64,000 bases of DNA from NCBI RefSeq assembly GCF_037042905.1, contig NC_087245.1, positions 38,752,001 through 38,816,000 on the forward strand, given 5' to 3'. Position numbers and translations under genes: made by a program. Positions within the stretch are counted from its first letter, which is position 1, and every line of letters begins with the position of its first letter. Below are positions 1 to 11,940 of the stretch, in pieces. Source of the DNA: Lytechinus pictus. Taxonomy: Eukaryota. The notes beneath the pieces are model-generated. The model had not been told where the DNA came from. It searched no databases and was given only the letters and a program-made list of their open reading frames with translations.

Positions 1-1893
1 ATCAAGAGGACAAGGTAAGAAAGAACGTTGACACCGTAGACAATCCATCACATCAGGGCCCCGTCTTACAAAGAGTTGCGATTGATCCAGTCAGTCGTAA
101 CCATGGAAGGCCAGCAATGTCAACATCTAAAATGCATGTTTATTTTTAAAAAATTCTAGTTATGATGTATATTCATACATTCATTGTTTTCTTGACAATT
201 TGGTCTCTTTGCCTTTGTTTACAAAGGACATTTTGCAAATTTCCTGTAGAAAAAATTATACCGATGGATTTCCATAGAGTTACGATTGATCCGATCAAGC
301 GCAACTATGGAAAGCCAGCAACATCCAACATCGATTATGCATGTTTGTTCAAAATATTTTCTAACTATGATGTATATTCATGCATTCATTGTCTTCTTGA
401 AAATTTGCTGTGCTTCTCATTGTTTACTAAAGACTTTGTGCAACTTTCCTGTAGAAAAAAATATGACATTGTTGGCTTTCCATAGAGTTATGATTGATTG
501 GATCAATCTTAACTCTTTGTAAGACGGGGCCCAGGTGGATGTTTCATAAAGCTGTTCGTGAGTTAACGACCACCCACTGACTGGTGATCCTTGTGGTAAA
601 CGATATACACCTAATATCCGTTGATGTTAATGTTGCACCTGAGAAAGGATTGCCAGTCGTTCGTAACTCACTAACAACTTTATGAAACGCCCACCCGGGT
701 CCCATTTCATCAAGACTTGTTGTAATAACAAATGCTTATTTTCTATAACAAGTTTACTACCAGCCGATCAAATAGAACGATTTTAGTAGCTTTAAACTGT
801 TGTTGAAAATTTGCTATTATTATAAAACATTTTCTCAAATGGGTCTCTTTGGACTATAAAATTGCAATCTTGAAAAAGTTAAATGTTCATTGAAGTGAAA
901 AACAGGACTATTGTTCAATTCATTTACAGCTAAAATTGCACAAGTTGCATATTTTTCCAAGTTGAAGTATTTTTTTCGACCAGTGCTCCGTAACACAAAG
1001 ATTAACGACCAATCGCAAAACGGACTGACCAATCAAGATCAGTGTTACACGCGCATTTAGTTCAATTAGAAGTGCTCTTTTATATTTGCATTCATCGCTT
1101 AGCTTTGTGTTACGGGGGGGGGGGGGGGGGTGTTTTACAAAGAGTTAAGTATGATATGCACATGATATGTAACACGCAATCTTATTGATTGGTTAATATC
1201 CTGTAACTTGCATCCTATTTGACTATTCCAGTGATGCCTTTTATACACAAGGCAACTGGAAATTTAAGTGCGACTCTGAAGTCATACTTGACTCTATTTT
1301 AACACCCCCCCCCCCTCCACGAGATTATGCAAAACGTGTGAAACACCATTGTACTGTAAGATAATCTTGTCATTAACAAATTATTTTTTTAAAAAGAAAA
1401 AAGTGTGAAATAGTTCTTGTTAGACCACTGACAGTCTGCAAATTAAGAAATCAGTTTTTTGAAAGAAAGGTTGTAGAAAGAATCTGTCTATATTCGATAT
1501 AAACCATTTCAGATTGTGTCATAGTACATTTGATCAGCATTTGAGTGTGTAAAATTACTAGAGGATAGGGAAACACAAAGGAGGCTAACAAAATGAGACT
1601 TTGATCTATTTCCACTTTCAACTTTCAGAAAGAGCAAGTACTTCTACCACGACCGTGTTGACTGGGACCAGGACAGCTCGTCCGGTCGCTACGTCTGCGA
1701 GAACTGCCACCCGCTACGCTACTATCCGGACAGCGATGCTGACGAGCACCGCCTTCTCTTTGACGCCATCGAGGAGATGTTAGAATTCGATCCTTTCAAG
1801 AGGGCGACGTTAGGTCACGTCTTAGAACACCCTTACTTTGCGGACATTCACCACTATGGAGGAAGCAGAGACATGCACAGTATCAGTAGGTGA
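1..1893 (+). CDS. CLK2: CLK-family (LAMMER) dual-specificity kinase, 3' end; exons <1-14 and 1629-1893
   Basis: 1-14 (IKRT R) ends at a GTAAGA donor. The acceptor ttcag precedes 1629, and the phase-2 join gives RKSKYFYHDRVDWDQDSSSGRYVCENCHPLRYY...EHRLLFDAIEEMLEFDPFKRATLGHVLEHPYF...SISR*. This matches the CLK C-terminus (KYFxxxxLDWDExxSAGRYVxENCKPL...LFDLIxxMLEYxPxKRxTL...HPFF). Paralog number is uncertain because invertebrates usually have a single CLK. Confidence 0.93.
57..531. mobile_element. PIF/Harbinger-like MITE with an internal tandem duplication
   Basis: TIR ggccccgtcttacaaagagtt / aactctttgtaagacggggcc; CAG on both flanks (54-56, 532-534); single-unit relative at 13998-14272. Confidence 0.8.
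535..694. mobile_element. MITE abutting the previous one
   Basis: Imperfect TIR gtggatgtttcataaagctgtt / aacaactttatgaaacgcccac. Confidence 0.65.
1105..1315. mobile_element. Degenerate MITE
   Basis: ggggtgttttacaaagagttaagtatga ... tcatacttgactctattttaacacccc inverted ends. Confidence 0.6.
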
Positions 1894-4800
1894 CGCTAGG
1901 CCATACTAACAGAGACTCTTATTTTCTTTTAGCTTTCCCCTTCTTTCCATTCTTATTTATTTTCATTTTCAGATATGAAAGTGAAATCTTTTTTGCCCCT
2001 GCATGCATACTTGTACTTGTTTGAGGAAGTGGATATGGAAGGAAGTAAAGATCATATCTTTGCCCTTACATTTATACTTGTACATGTATGGGGAGGCAGT
2101 ACGAGTTGTGTTCTTTATTCTCTGTCTGTATTACTTCAGAACCATTTTTGATTGGATTCAGATGAAGTATACCGGATCATGCAATTATGAGCTGATAACA
2201 TCCTAAATGCAAGGGAGTGAAGTTACATGCCAAAAAGAGTTAAGCTATTAAAGGTGTGTGACACTCCACTTCTGCAGAACCACTGGATATAATTGAAGGA
2301 TCGAAAGATCAAAACCATGTGCTACTTTTACCAATACCACATATTTTAAACATTAGATCAAACTGCTATGTATTCAATCTGCAAATGTTTTGCAGCACAT
2401 TTGCATATTACCTTCATCATTTGAGATTTGAATTATCGGGTAGACATGTTACTAGTCGGATTCACGTGTGGTTGAAGCTTTAAATTTGGAGTGCAGTTTC
2501 AATCCGTTCGGCCAGACATTCGTCAAAACTTAAGTGTATTGCTGTCCCAGAACTGCAAGTAAGATAATGGTTAATAATAATAATCCGCTTTTGTATAGCG
2601 CTTAATACATCGGAACGACGTGGCTAAGCGCTTTACAGATATATTATTACCCCGGTTATAGTTAATACACCAGGGTCATGTATCACAAAACTTTGTGCCT
2701 GATCTTATGATGGATTCTCACAACTGATCCTGCATTGTGGTCAATGCAATCCATCAGAAAATCTTGTTTTAGGATTGATTATTAGTAAAATTTGTGTTAT
2801 GGGGCCCCAAGGTCTGTGATCGAAGCGGCAGTCAGCAGAATGTCCCGTTGTCTGTTTTTGCATATGTTTCTTCAGGGTTGGCATTATTCTCAGTCCATGA
2901 CTGGATGCCCTTGTAATTGGTCACGATTCCCCCTCTCATTGGTCAGTGGCCTTAGAAATTTTTATGCCATTCAATTATTTTCCATATATGTGGTCAAATT
3001 CAGGAATGTGCCCATTGAAAAGAGGCATTGTCCGTACTGAAATTTGAGGCCCAACGTTGAAATACCAAGTCGTTGAGGTTTGATATTATTCCACTCCTTA
3101 AAAAATGTTTGAATAGTTTCGAGAAAACTATGTCTCATTCTTCTCACTCGCTAGCTTTGATTATCTGTACTATTTTGATTAATTTCTATTTCTCTTTATT
3201 ACATTCATAACACTATATATATGCAAATGTTCAGTATTACGACACAAACGAAGGTGTTTTTGTATAACATTGTAACAGCATGCCAAATGATTGCAAGTAT
3301 GTCACTTAGGGAATGCTGCCGGCTGTTAATTTGTTTGAAAAATCGTTTGAATGATTATTGAACTAATGTATTGTATGATGATTATATTGATATTGCTGCG
3401 GGTTATGGCTTTAGCAATGATGGTTACACTAATGACAAGGTGTGTAATGATGATGGCCAACTGCCAGTTTTGTAATGCAAAAAAAGTATCACTTTTGTGC
3501 TGCGATTGAGCAACTCGTTTTTGTAGAGATTCCAGTTGGCATTTAGGTTTCGGGTTTTCCTTGGATTTGGGATGCAAGGATCATGGTGTTCACGTTCTTA
3601 TATGTTGATAATGAATGCAGGAGGGAACATTTTGCTTGCATAATTCTATTTTGAGATGACATCACTTTGACGACATGCAACCCAAACTCCCTATTCCAAC
3701 ACCTTTTTATCAGTCTGACATGAAAAATACACGATTTTCTGCAACAATTACAGTGCAGCCCTCTCAGTTTGAAAATGTTCCATGGTTATCATAAGTAATT
3801 GTGTTCATATCTAATCTTCCCATCGGAGTATTTATATACTCATTTTCCCTCAATTACATCAGCAGTCTTTTCGTCATAAAATTGAAAAAAATATCTTCTT
3901 TTTTTTTCAAATTCATAACAAGGTCTTAATAAATAATAGCCCAATTTTACATCAGCGTTTCTTATTTGTTACTCATTATATGAAGTGTTTGTTAATAGTA
4001 TTGTATGATATAATGTATTTATGAATTTACATATTGATTATTGAACATCAGGGAAGAAATAACTCCATTGTAATATCTATAAAAAAAAATTAATAAAAAA
4101 GAAACGGTGAAAAGGAAGTTATTTGTTGCATCTGGGATAATTGACAGTTACTTGGGAATACAGAATATATATCTGGATATCAGCAATGCGATGGAAAAAA
4201 AATGGTATGTTTAAAAACTATTTGATCAGCGTCAATGCCACACTACTCATTGCATACTGTATCGAACCTCAATGTTTCAAATATATTCAAGGAATTAGCT
4301 TCAAATTTGTCCTCTCATCTTGTCAAGTTTTCTTAAAAACTGCTTATAACTTTGGTTGTAGAGTGTGATTTAGGTCTTTAAGAAGACATATCAAGTTTGC
4401 AGATCAATTTCCAGAAATATCTACTGTGGCATGGGTTTCAAATTAAAAAACTTAGCCATAGTCTGCATCGAGATTGGTAAAGAAAAAACAAGAGTGAAGA
4501 TGTATCCTACATGATAAATAATCTTGAGGTCAAGATCAAAGCTGTGAAATAACCTTTCCTTATAATAAAAGTTCAAAGTGGAGAAAAGTGAACAGTACAG
4601 TTGCCAAATAAACATCTTTATTAGAAAAATGTAAGAAAGTTATTTTTTGAAGGTCAAATTGCCCTACCCCACCGAAAACAAATCAGTTCGGTCACATGCA
4701 TTTTTGAATTTGGATTGGTTACTTTTCTTTTTTTTTTTTTCTTCTGTTCACTTCCACTGTCCTAATCATGTATTTTTTCTGTCTATTATAAGGAGGAATG

Positions 4801-5183
4801 TTAGAATTCCCATTGAATATTAAATGACTATAACATTATTACGAATAACGCAGGTATTGGGGGCAGGAGATGTAGGAGATGCTGTATTATTTACCTTTTG
4901 CTTTATGACATTTTATCTGTCAGACAATACCGACTATTTTTAAAGAAAATAGTCCCGGATTCATTTCTCTTTTTTTTATTTGTATCATCTCCTTCACTGT
5001 ACATTTATGTTGGTCAGCATTGAAATTAGTTTATTCTGTTTATATCTCTTGACTATTGGATACCTCGCGGAGTATGAAGTAATCGCAATAGTCGGTGCAT
5101 TGTTGCCTAATTGGGGGGGGGGGGGGAATGGAGGATGGACATTTGTGAATGTATGTTTTCTTCTGTATGAATATTTTATGAAC

Positions 5184-5189
5184 AATAAA
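5184..5189 (+). terminator. Candidate polyadenylation signal of the CLK gene (3' UTR about 3.3 kb)
   Basis: AATAAA followed about 45 nt later by a GT/T-rich tract (ttttctgtgtttgttcttg); dense MITEs resume right after. Confidence 0.4.
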
Positions 5190-5332
5190 TGTGTGTAAAT
5201 GTCATCCGTAATAATTGGAGAGTGAATGGTTCATTTTCTGTGTTTGTTCTTGCAAAGGAGGTGTGAGGAGTGACACAGATTTAAATCTTGAAGAATAGTG
5301 AAAGTTGAGGAATGGTGTGTCGCAGTGTGTAA

Positions 5333-5820
5333 AGCCCCCATCATACTTATTAGGAATCAGCAGGAATCAAGCAGAATTAGCTGGAATGAATAAAGTTTAA
5401 AAAATCTAGAAAAATTAAAGGAGGGGGTCAGAATTCACCCAACTGGAGTTCTAATATGGTAAATTTACCAGGCAACTCATCACACACTAGTCTAGAGTCA
5501 AAATGAGCCTCAATGGAGTCAGGTTTAAAATTTGTGCTGCGTTCTTGGATATTCGAGGGGCATTCTAAAAATTCTCTTCTATTTTTGCATTCGGAATATT
5601 CGGGCCAGTTCTTGTGGGTGCTCAAATGTTTGGGTCATGTTCGAAAAAAAAATTTGCGTTCGAAGTGGAAAGAATATCAAACGGTGTTCAAAGTACATTT
5701 TTACTGCATTCTGAATGCATTCTATGTATTTTTTTATAAAACTTGACCAGTTTGTGGTCGAACAATATTCATTTAATTCCAGCTGATTCTGCTTGATTCA
5801 GAATAAGTGTGATGGGGGCT
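5333..5820. mobile_element. PIF/Harbinger-like MITE
   Basis: Long TIR agcccccatca(t/c)acttatt...gaatcaagcagaat(t/c)agctggaat; TAA on both flanks. Confidence 0.8.
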
Positions 5821-6232
5821 TAAGAGGTAAATGTATATCCAAATTTTTCTCATTTCTCAGTGAAGACCTTTAAGACCATGATCATTTTCTAGTTCCAGTT
5901 CAACCTTTTGTGCTATTGGGCTCTTGTTAGATGACTCATCAGGCATGAACAATTTACCATATAAATACCCCAACCTCGAGGTAAATTGCTAAATTGTCTA
6001 TTGCCAACTCGTCCACTCATCACATGGTCTACCTTCATTTTATCCATCAAAAATTTGTCTTGGCCAATTGGTCCAATCATCACTTCGTCTCATAACCAGT
6101 TGGTCTAATATCCATTTTATTTTCATTCATTTTGCCCAATTAACACTTATTCCAATTAGACCAAAAATCGTATATGGACTAAATGGCTATTGGATGAAAT
6201 GTTGAGTGGACAAAATGGTGATTAAGAGTTAA

Positions 6233-6971
6233 CCCTATAGCACCTGAACCGCCCGAGACCGCCCTTCCTATTACACACTGAACCGCCCTTAACCGCCCGT
6301 ACATTTTCTTTGCGCTATAGTATCTCTTGTCTATGATTTACCGTGGTAATATTGCGTGTGCATACCGTATAGGTTGGCTGCTATATAGATCTGCAAAGAA
6401 AAGTGTATGCTCCTATTGAGTATAAAAGAGAAAAACCGATTGACATGCATCGGTGTGTAGCAAGTTTCAGACTGTTGCGCAGTCGATCTCGGCAAAGATG
6501 GCTGCGTCCATGTCTCGGAAAACCACTTACTTCGCCGAAGAAGCTCGGGCGTTGCTATATGTTCATCAAAACGTTGGATATCACACAGAGTGACATCTAG
6601 ATGTGAGTTGGAATTAATTTTTGACATATTTGATCCAAGATTTGGCGAAAACTTTAGTATTCTGTCAGTGATACTTTACATTTTTTTGAAGGCGTGGGAC
6701 TGGGGCGGCTGAAACCCGAAATTTTTTTTTTCTTCTCGCTCTGCAAACGATTGTCAAAGGTCAATATTCGTACATCTGATTGAACTTTGCCATGTACCAT
6801 TCTATTCAACAGGTCCTATGCTACAAAATAAATATAACTTGTAATGAACAAAAGTAAATTTATAAAAAACTATTTCAATTTGTTTGGAACAATGCCTACT
6901 TATTACCAGTTTTATTGTTTCATCCAGTGAGTAATTGCCATTATGCATAGGAATCTGTAGGTGCTATAGGG
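6233..6971. mobile_element. Non-autonomous piggyBac-like element
   Basis: 13-bp TIR ccctatagcacct / aggtgctataggg with TTAA TSD; inserted in an older repeat (about 5985-7060). Confidence 0.85.
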
Positions 6972-7432
6972 TTAAGTCTTAGACTATGTGGCTAGTGGAT
7001 GAACTGATGGTAGACAAAATGATAGACAAATTGGCTTGAGACAATTGAAAATAAACCGAACTTGACACAGGAAGCAGATTATCATGTAGTTTGTATCTAA
7101 ATTATATTATACTTTATTATCCAGTATTCACTCTTGTTGGAATACTAAAAGATGCATTCATCAACAGAGAAAATGCAGCATGATAGTTAATCACATAAAT
7201 TCAAACAATTTTAAAACTGGCAATATGGATCCCAATCAAGTGATTGGCTGACATCTATCATGTGACCATTCTATCTTAGCGAACAGGAACAATTGCCAAA
7301 GACTGGTACTAATGACTAGTAGCCTTCTATCTACAAGTCATGATTTTGAGATAAATGGAGTTTTGCAAGAAACCTGCAATCAATTGAAGGTCCCAAAACC
7401 AATTATCAGTCTTGCAAGTAATTGCAAATATC

Positions 7433-7842
7433 CAATAGGCCATTTCGTAGTTCCGGTCTGCGCATGATCAGAAAAAGTTCATTGGTACTAAAGTGACATG
7501 CTGTTTCAATATTTAATGAGATAAGCACCAACTTTGATGTCTTGATTATCAATAAATTCCTCTGAATAGTGTTTTTCACTAGATCCACAAAAAACAACAA
7601 TACGTCTACTAGCGACTGTTATATCAGTAGACCAAGTACATAGTTACAACAACATGCTAATGCACTCAAAGTAGAAATGCAACAAATACCTTCTCGTCAC
7701 CTGGTCTATTCAATTTCTTCATCCTGCTATGTAAGGCATGCTTACACAATATCTTGCTTTCAAATCTGCCTATCATAATGAAAGAAATGAAAGGTCATTT
7801 GACCGAAATTGCACATGAAGTAAACTACGAAATGGTCTATTG
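7433..7842. mobile_element. MITE
   Basis: TIR caataggccatttcgtagtt / aactacgaaatggtctattg. Confidence 0.7.
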
Positions 7843-8033
7843 ATCACTGGTCCGCTTCTTATATTAACAATCATACATAACTTTTAGTTACAAATCTTTT
7901 ATCACTTGTACATTTGCAATTGATTGCAAATATTTTCTTGTGACGCCACCCATGATTGTTTATCAAATAACAAGGGTCCACATCACTATTTCATAAAACA
8001 TACATAATAACAATCATTTTGCTCGAGCATTAT

Positions 8034-8439
8034 GCCCTGCGCACACTACGCGAATCGTTGCGATCCGAATTTTAAAGACATTGTAATAACATTTGAGATG
8101 AACATTCCAGCCAATAAATATCTTAGCGATCATAATTCAGAAAACCGGTAGTGGTAGGACTGACATCGAAATTCAGTCTACTTCAAGCCTCCCTGTAGGA
8201 ATTAAAAAAAATTAAATTTCAAAATCGCAATGACATCATCGGCTGCAACTTGAAGCCGATTTGGACTAACCCAACCTCAGACCACAGCTTTCCGCAAAGC
8301 AAAATTATGATTTTATTATTCATATCATAATGCCGAACTTCAAATAAAATAAGTTTACTTCTTGGAACCTTCACATTTAATGCAAAATATGATTTATTAC
8401 TAAATCGCGTCGCATCGGATTGCATAGCGTGCGCTGGGC
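8034..8439. mobile_element. Degenerate MITE
   Basis: gccctgcgcacactacgc ... gcatagcgtgcgctgggc inverted ends. Confidence 0.6.
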
Positions 8440-8665
8440 TTTAGAATAATCACACAAACTTGTCACCTTTGTAACAGTCAAAATGCCCTTGGCTATGACT
8501 CTGGCGTATTCAAACTGTTCCAAAGGTAACTTGTGCATGCAATTCATTCTAATGACCTCGACGGTGTGTATTATTTGTATACACGTATTACATTACACGC
8601 ATCTGTATCTATTCAATCCATCAAAATGACTGGACTACTAGGACTAAAAAAATCATAGAATCATT

Positions 8666-8989
8666 GGCCCGTATTCTGTTCTGCAATGCATTCCGGTTTA
8701 ACCTCGACCATGGTCTAACTCTGTTAAAGTTATGGGAAGTCAAATATTTCAAAATTGTATTTACATTACATGTTTCCTATCTGTTTTTGGATCTTTCCTC
8801 ATGTTTTAATGAAGAAGATGATTATTCCACTAATTATTCCCAGTCAGTTATGAAGGATTTGAGAGTCCAATGAGCTGAAAAAGTGAACTTGTACTGTGAG
8901 AGATACCCGTCATAATTGGTTATCCACAGTTAAACCAAAACTTTAGACTAGTGTTGGAATTAATTAAACCCAAGATCAGAAAATGGGCC
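8666..8989. mobile_element. Harbinger-like MITE, ggcccgtattctg family (diverged copy)
   Basis: Homologous to 36695-36983 and 37965-38278. Confidence 0.7.
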
Positions 8990-9312
8990 AAAGTGTCAAT
9001 GGAAATATTTGTCCAGTTTGATGGCAGGAGGGAGACGAGGTGAATTCACTCAATGTCAATGGTGTTATGTCTCCCTCTGCAGGCACTTATGTGTACATGT
9101 GCACGCCACAACTGGGTGCTGTGGCGTGCACCTGAAATCCAAGCTATGTGGCGAAGTTACAAATTGATGCAGACAGAGATTCGAGCCCTGGTCGCATCTT
9201 ACGGATGGTGACGTGACGTTAAAGGTCAGTCCCAGACGTAAATAATCATATCCGATTGATACACGTCTGACAAAACTCTCACACACATAATTATATCCGA
9301 CCGAGACCTTAT

Positions 9313-9716
9313 GGCCCGAATTCACAAGGGTGGTTTTGAAAACCCACGGTTGAGTCCATGGTTTATGTAGATTTCCTATATAAATTACGCTTATTTTACC
9401 GCGTATATTAAAAAATGTCCAATACTGATGCACGCTTTTTGTCACAGTGCGCCAAATTGACGCCTGTTGCCGTGGTTATCCATGCTATTTTATTCATGAG
9501 TTCACTGTTTGAAGAGTGGACTCATGAATAAAATAGCGTATATAACCATGGTAACAGGCGTCAATTTGGTGCAGTGACAAAAGCGCTCATCAGCATTGGG
9601 AATTTTTTACACACGCGCCCGATACGCGCTTAATTAAAGCGTAATTTATACAGGAAATCTACATAAACCATGGACTCAACCGTGGGTTTTCAAAAAGACC
9701 TTTGTGAATTCGGGCC
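9313..9716. mobile_element. Palindromic Harbinger-like MITE
   Basis: The two halves are near-complete reverse complements (ggcccgaattcacaa...); TAT on both flanks. Confidence 0.85.
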
Positions 9717-9904
9717 TATGAACGCCATCTAATAAAGTCACCACTGGAATTGTAAACTCAGGAAAAAAATCACCCGGAGCCTAGTAGGAAGGGGGAAGGA
9801 GAAGGGGAAAAGAAAAGTGATCACCATGCAAGTGAAGAATGAAACACCGTCGATTTAAGCCGAGTTTGCAGTTCCAGTGGTGACTTCAATAGATGGCATT
9901 CATA
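9717..9904. mobile_element. MITE
   Basis: tatgaacgccatcta...gtcaccactggaa / ttccagtggtgac...tagatggcattcata. Confidence 0.7.
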
Positions 9905-11940
9905 AAGTGCAGCATGTACACAAAGTGCCTCCACAGTGAGACATAATGCCAATGGCATCATTCATGATCACAAAACACATAAAAGGACATCATTCCTCAG
10001 TGCCTAGGATATACAAGAACAGGCAAAAAAAATGTCTGAATGGTAAATATATTATAAAATAACTGTTAAATTTAAGTAAAATTGCATCAATCAGTTGCAT
10101 CAATTTCAGATATATGTGCAAATATTATTCCCTAGTAGGGGCCGTTCGCATAAAACCCCTTATTAGCCGTCAGGAGTCTGGGAACATAGACACCCTACAG
10201 AAACACATTTCAATTCTATAACCCAAGTATCTATCAGCATAAAGTCAATGATGGAGAGCATTTGTTAAACACTTAACCCTAAAAGGACTGGGGGTAAGGG
10301 CAATTTTTCTGGACTGCAAATAATGCCACAAAATATTACGACAGTTTCCTTTGAACTTTTAAAACCAACTTCGCGACATACAACATTACATGACCTTTAT
10401 GACACAAATTATGCTTTGTGTACAAAGTCAATGGAAGATCAAATTCAGAAAAGGGAGACCGAGACGACACTAATTTCTCGAGTCTTAATTTCTCAGGAAC
10501 TTCATTATTAGAGGGGGTTATGTTGTGATGTAGTTTTCGGCTTACAAAAATGAGAGGATTAAGGTTTGTGTTTTTGTTTGGCTTCACGTGCAGATTTCCA
10601 ACAGAGTAATTCGAGCAAATACCATCATTAATCTAAAGCACAGGTATTGCATCATTTCAATGTAGACAACATATCATGTTTGATAGGGCCCACTGGGAGA
10701 ACAGTTCTTAGCTTAAGTGGCTACCTTAGGTAAAGAGAAACCATCATTGTTATTATCATTACAATCATCATGAAGTATAAAATATTAAAAGACAACTTTT
10801 ATGCTTTACAAAACATACTATTCCACTTTTATTGACTCTCAAACTGCTAAAGAAAACTAAGCTCTAAGGACTTTGTTTGGATATGAATTTACATGTATTT
10901 ACATTGGCATAGCAAAGGTTAAAGGTCCTTGAATTTTGGAATCCTGAAACTTAGAAGGTCACTGCATTTCACCAGGTTTCCCTGCACTTGCCCCAAACTG
11001 TGCAATTGACTGCAAGTAGGTTTTTATAGAAATTGCAATAAGATTGGTTAAATTGAGATTCAAATTGTAAATCGTTCATGACCGAGGTCCAGAAAGGTCA
11101 TCAGATTTATAAATATCAAAACTGCTCACAATTTTTGGTCAGCGAGTCAAAAGAGGGCCGACTTGGATACCAGTTGCAGGCCCGACTTGGATACCAGTTG
11201 CAGGCCAGCTGCAACTGAAGCAGCATCGCTGTCATTCTCTGCCTTCTGCCATTGTACAGGAGTAGACGGGCCATACCACTCTGCAATCTATATACTTATT
11301 CATACAGCAATTCAGGATATACATGTAAATTTGAAATTCGAAATAATTTACCTTGTATCAAGAAATTGTATAAAACATCACAATTTCTTTCACAAATCCA
11401 GTAGCCACTCGCACAGTGTAAAGCAATCTTAGCGGCACACATCATATTGCAGCACTGCCACATATACACTCTAAGACTTCTGTGTGGACAAAAAATCCTC
11501 TAAAGATGTATGAAAAAAATAGGCACCATAGATCCTCATCCAGCTGATAAAGATAAGAGGCTGTTCTATGTACAAGCACACATGTATTATTTGTTTTATT
11601 TATTGATTAATTAATTCATTTTCTTTATTTTATACTGCAGGGTAGGCCTGTTCAGTTATGCAAAACTGCTTACCATCACATCTTTCCAGATGCTTGATTT
11701 ACAGTCATGATTTGAGCTGGTTTATGCTTTCGTCTATAAATGTTCCTACATGATAGATTTTATCAAATTAGAAGCCAGAAAATACTTTTGAACAGCCGTG
11801 GATGATCAAGTATAGAAAGACATAGGAATTCACTTCATCTCAGCATTGAAGATACATTCAAACAGCTGGTACAGTCCCATATACTCGCTCCGATGTTTGC
11901 TTGCATGAGGAGAAAGTCTATGCTCTCGATTGAGCTTGTA

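Noticed and set aside
11155..11207. Short direct repeats (also 13782-13821, 42099-42215, 58230-58575)
   Set aside because: Ordinary local duplications with no sign of function
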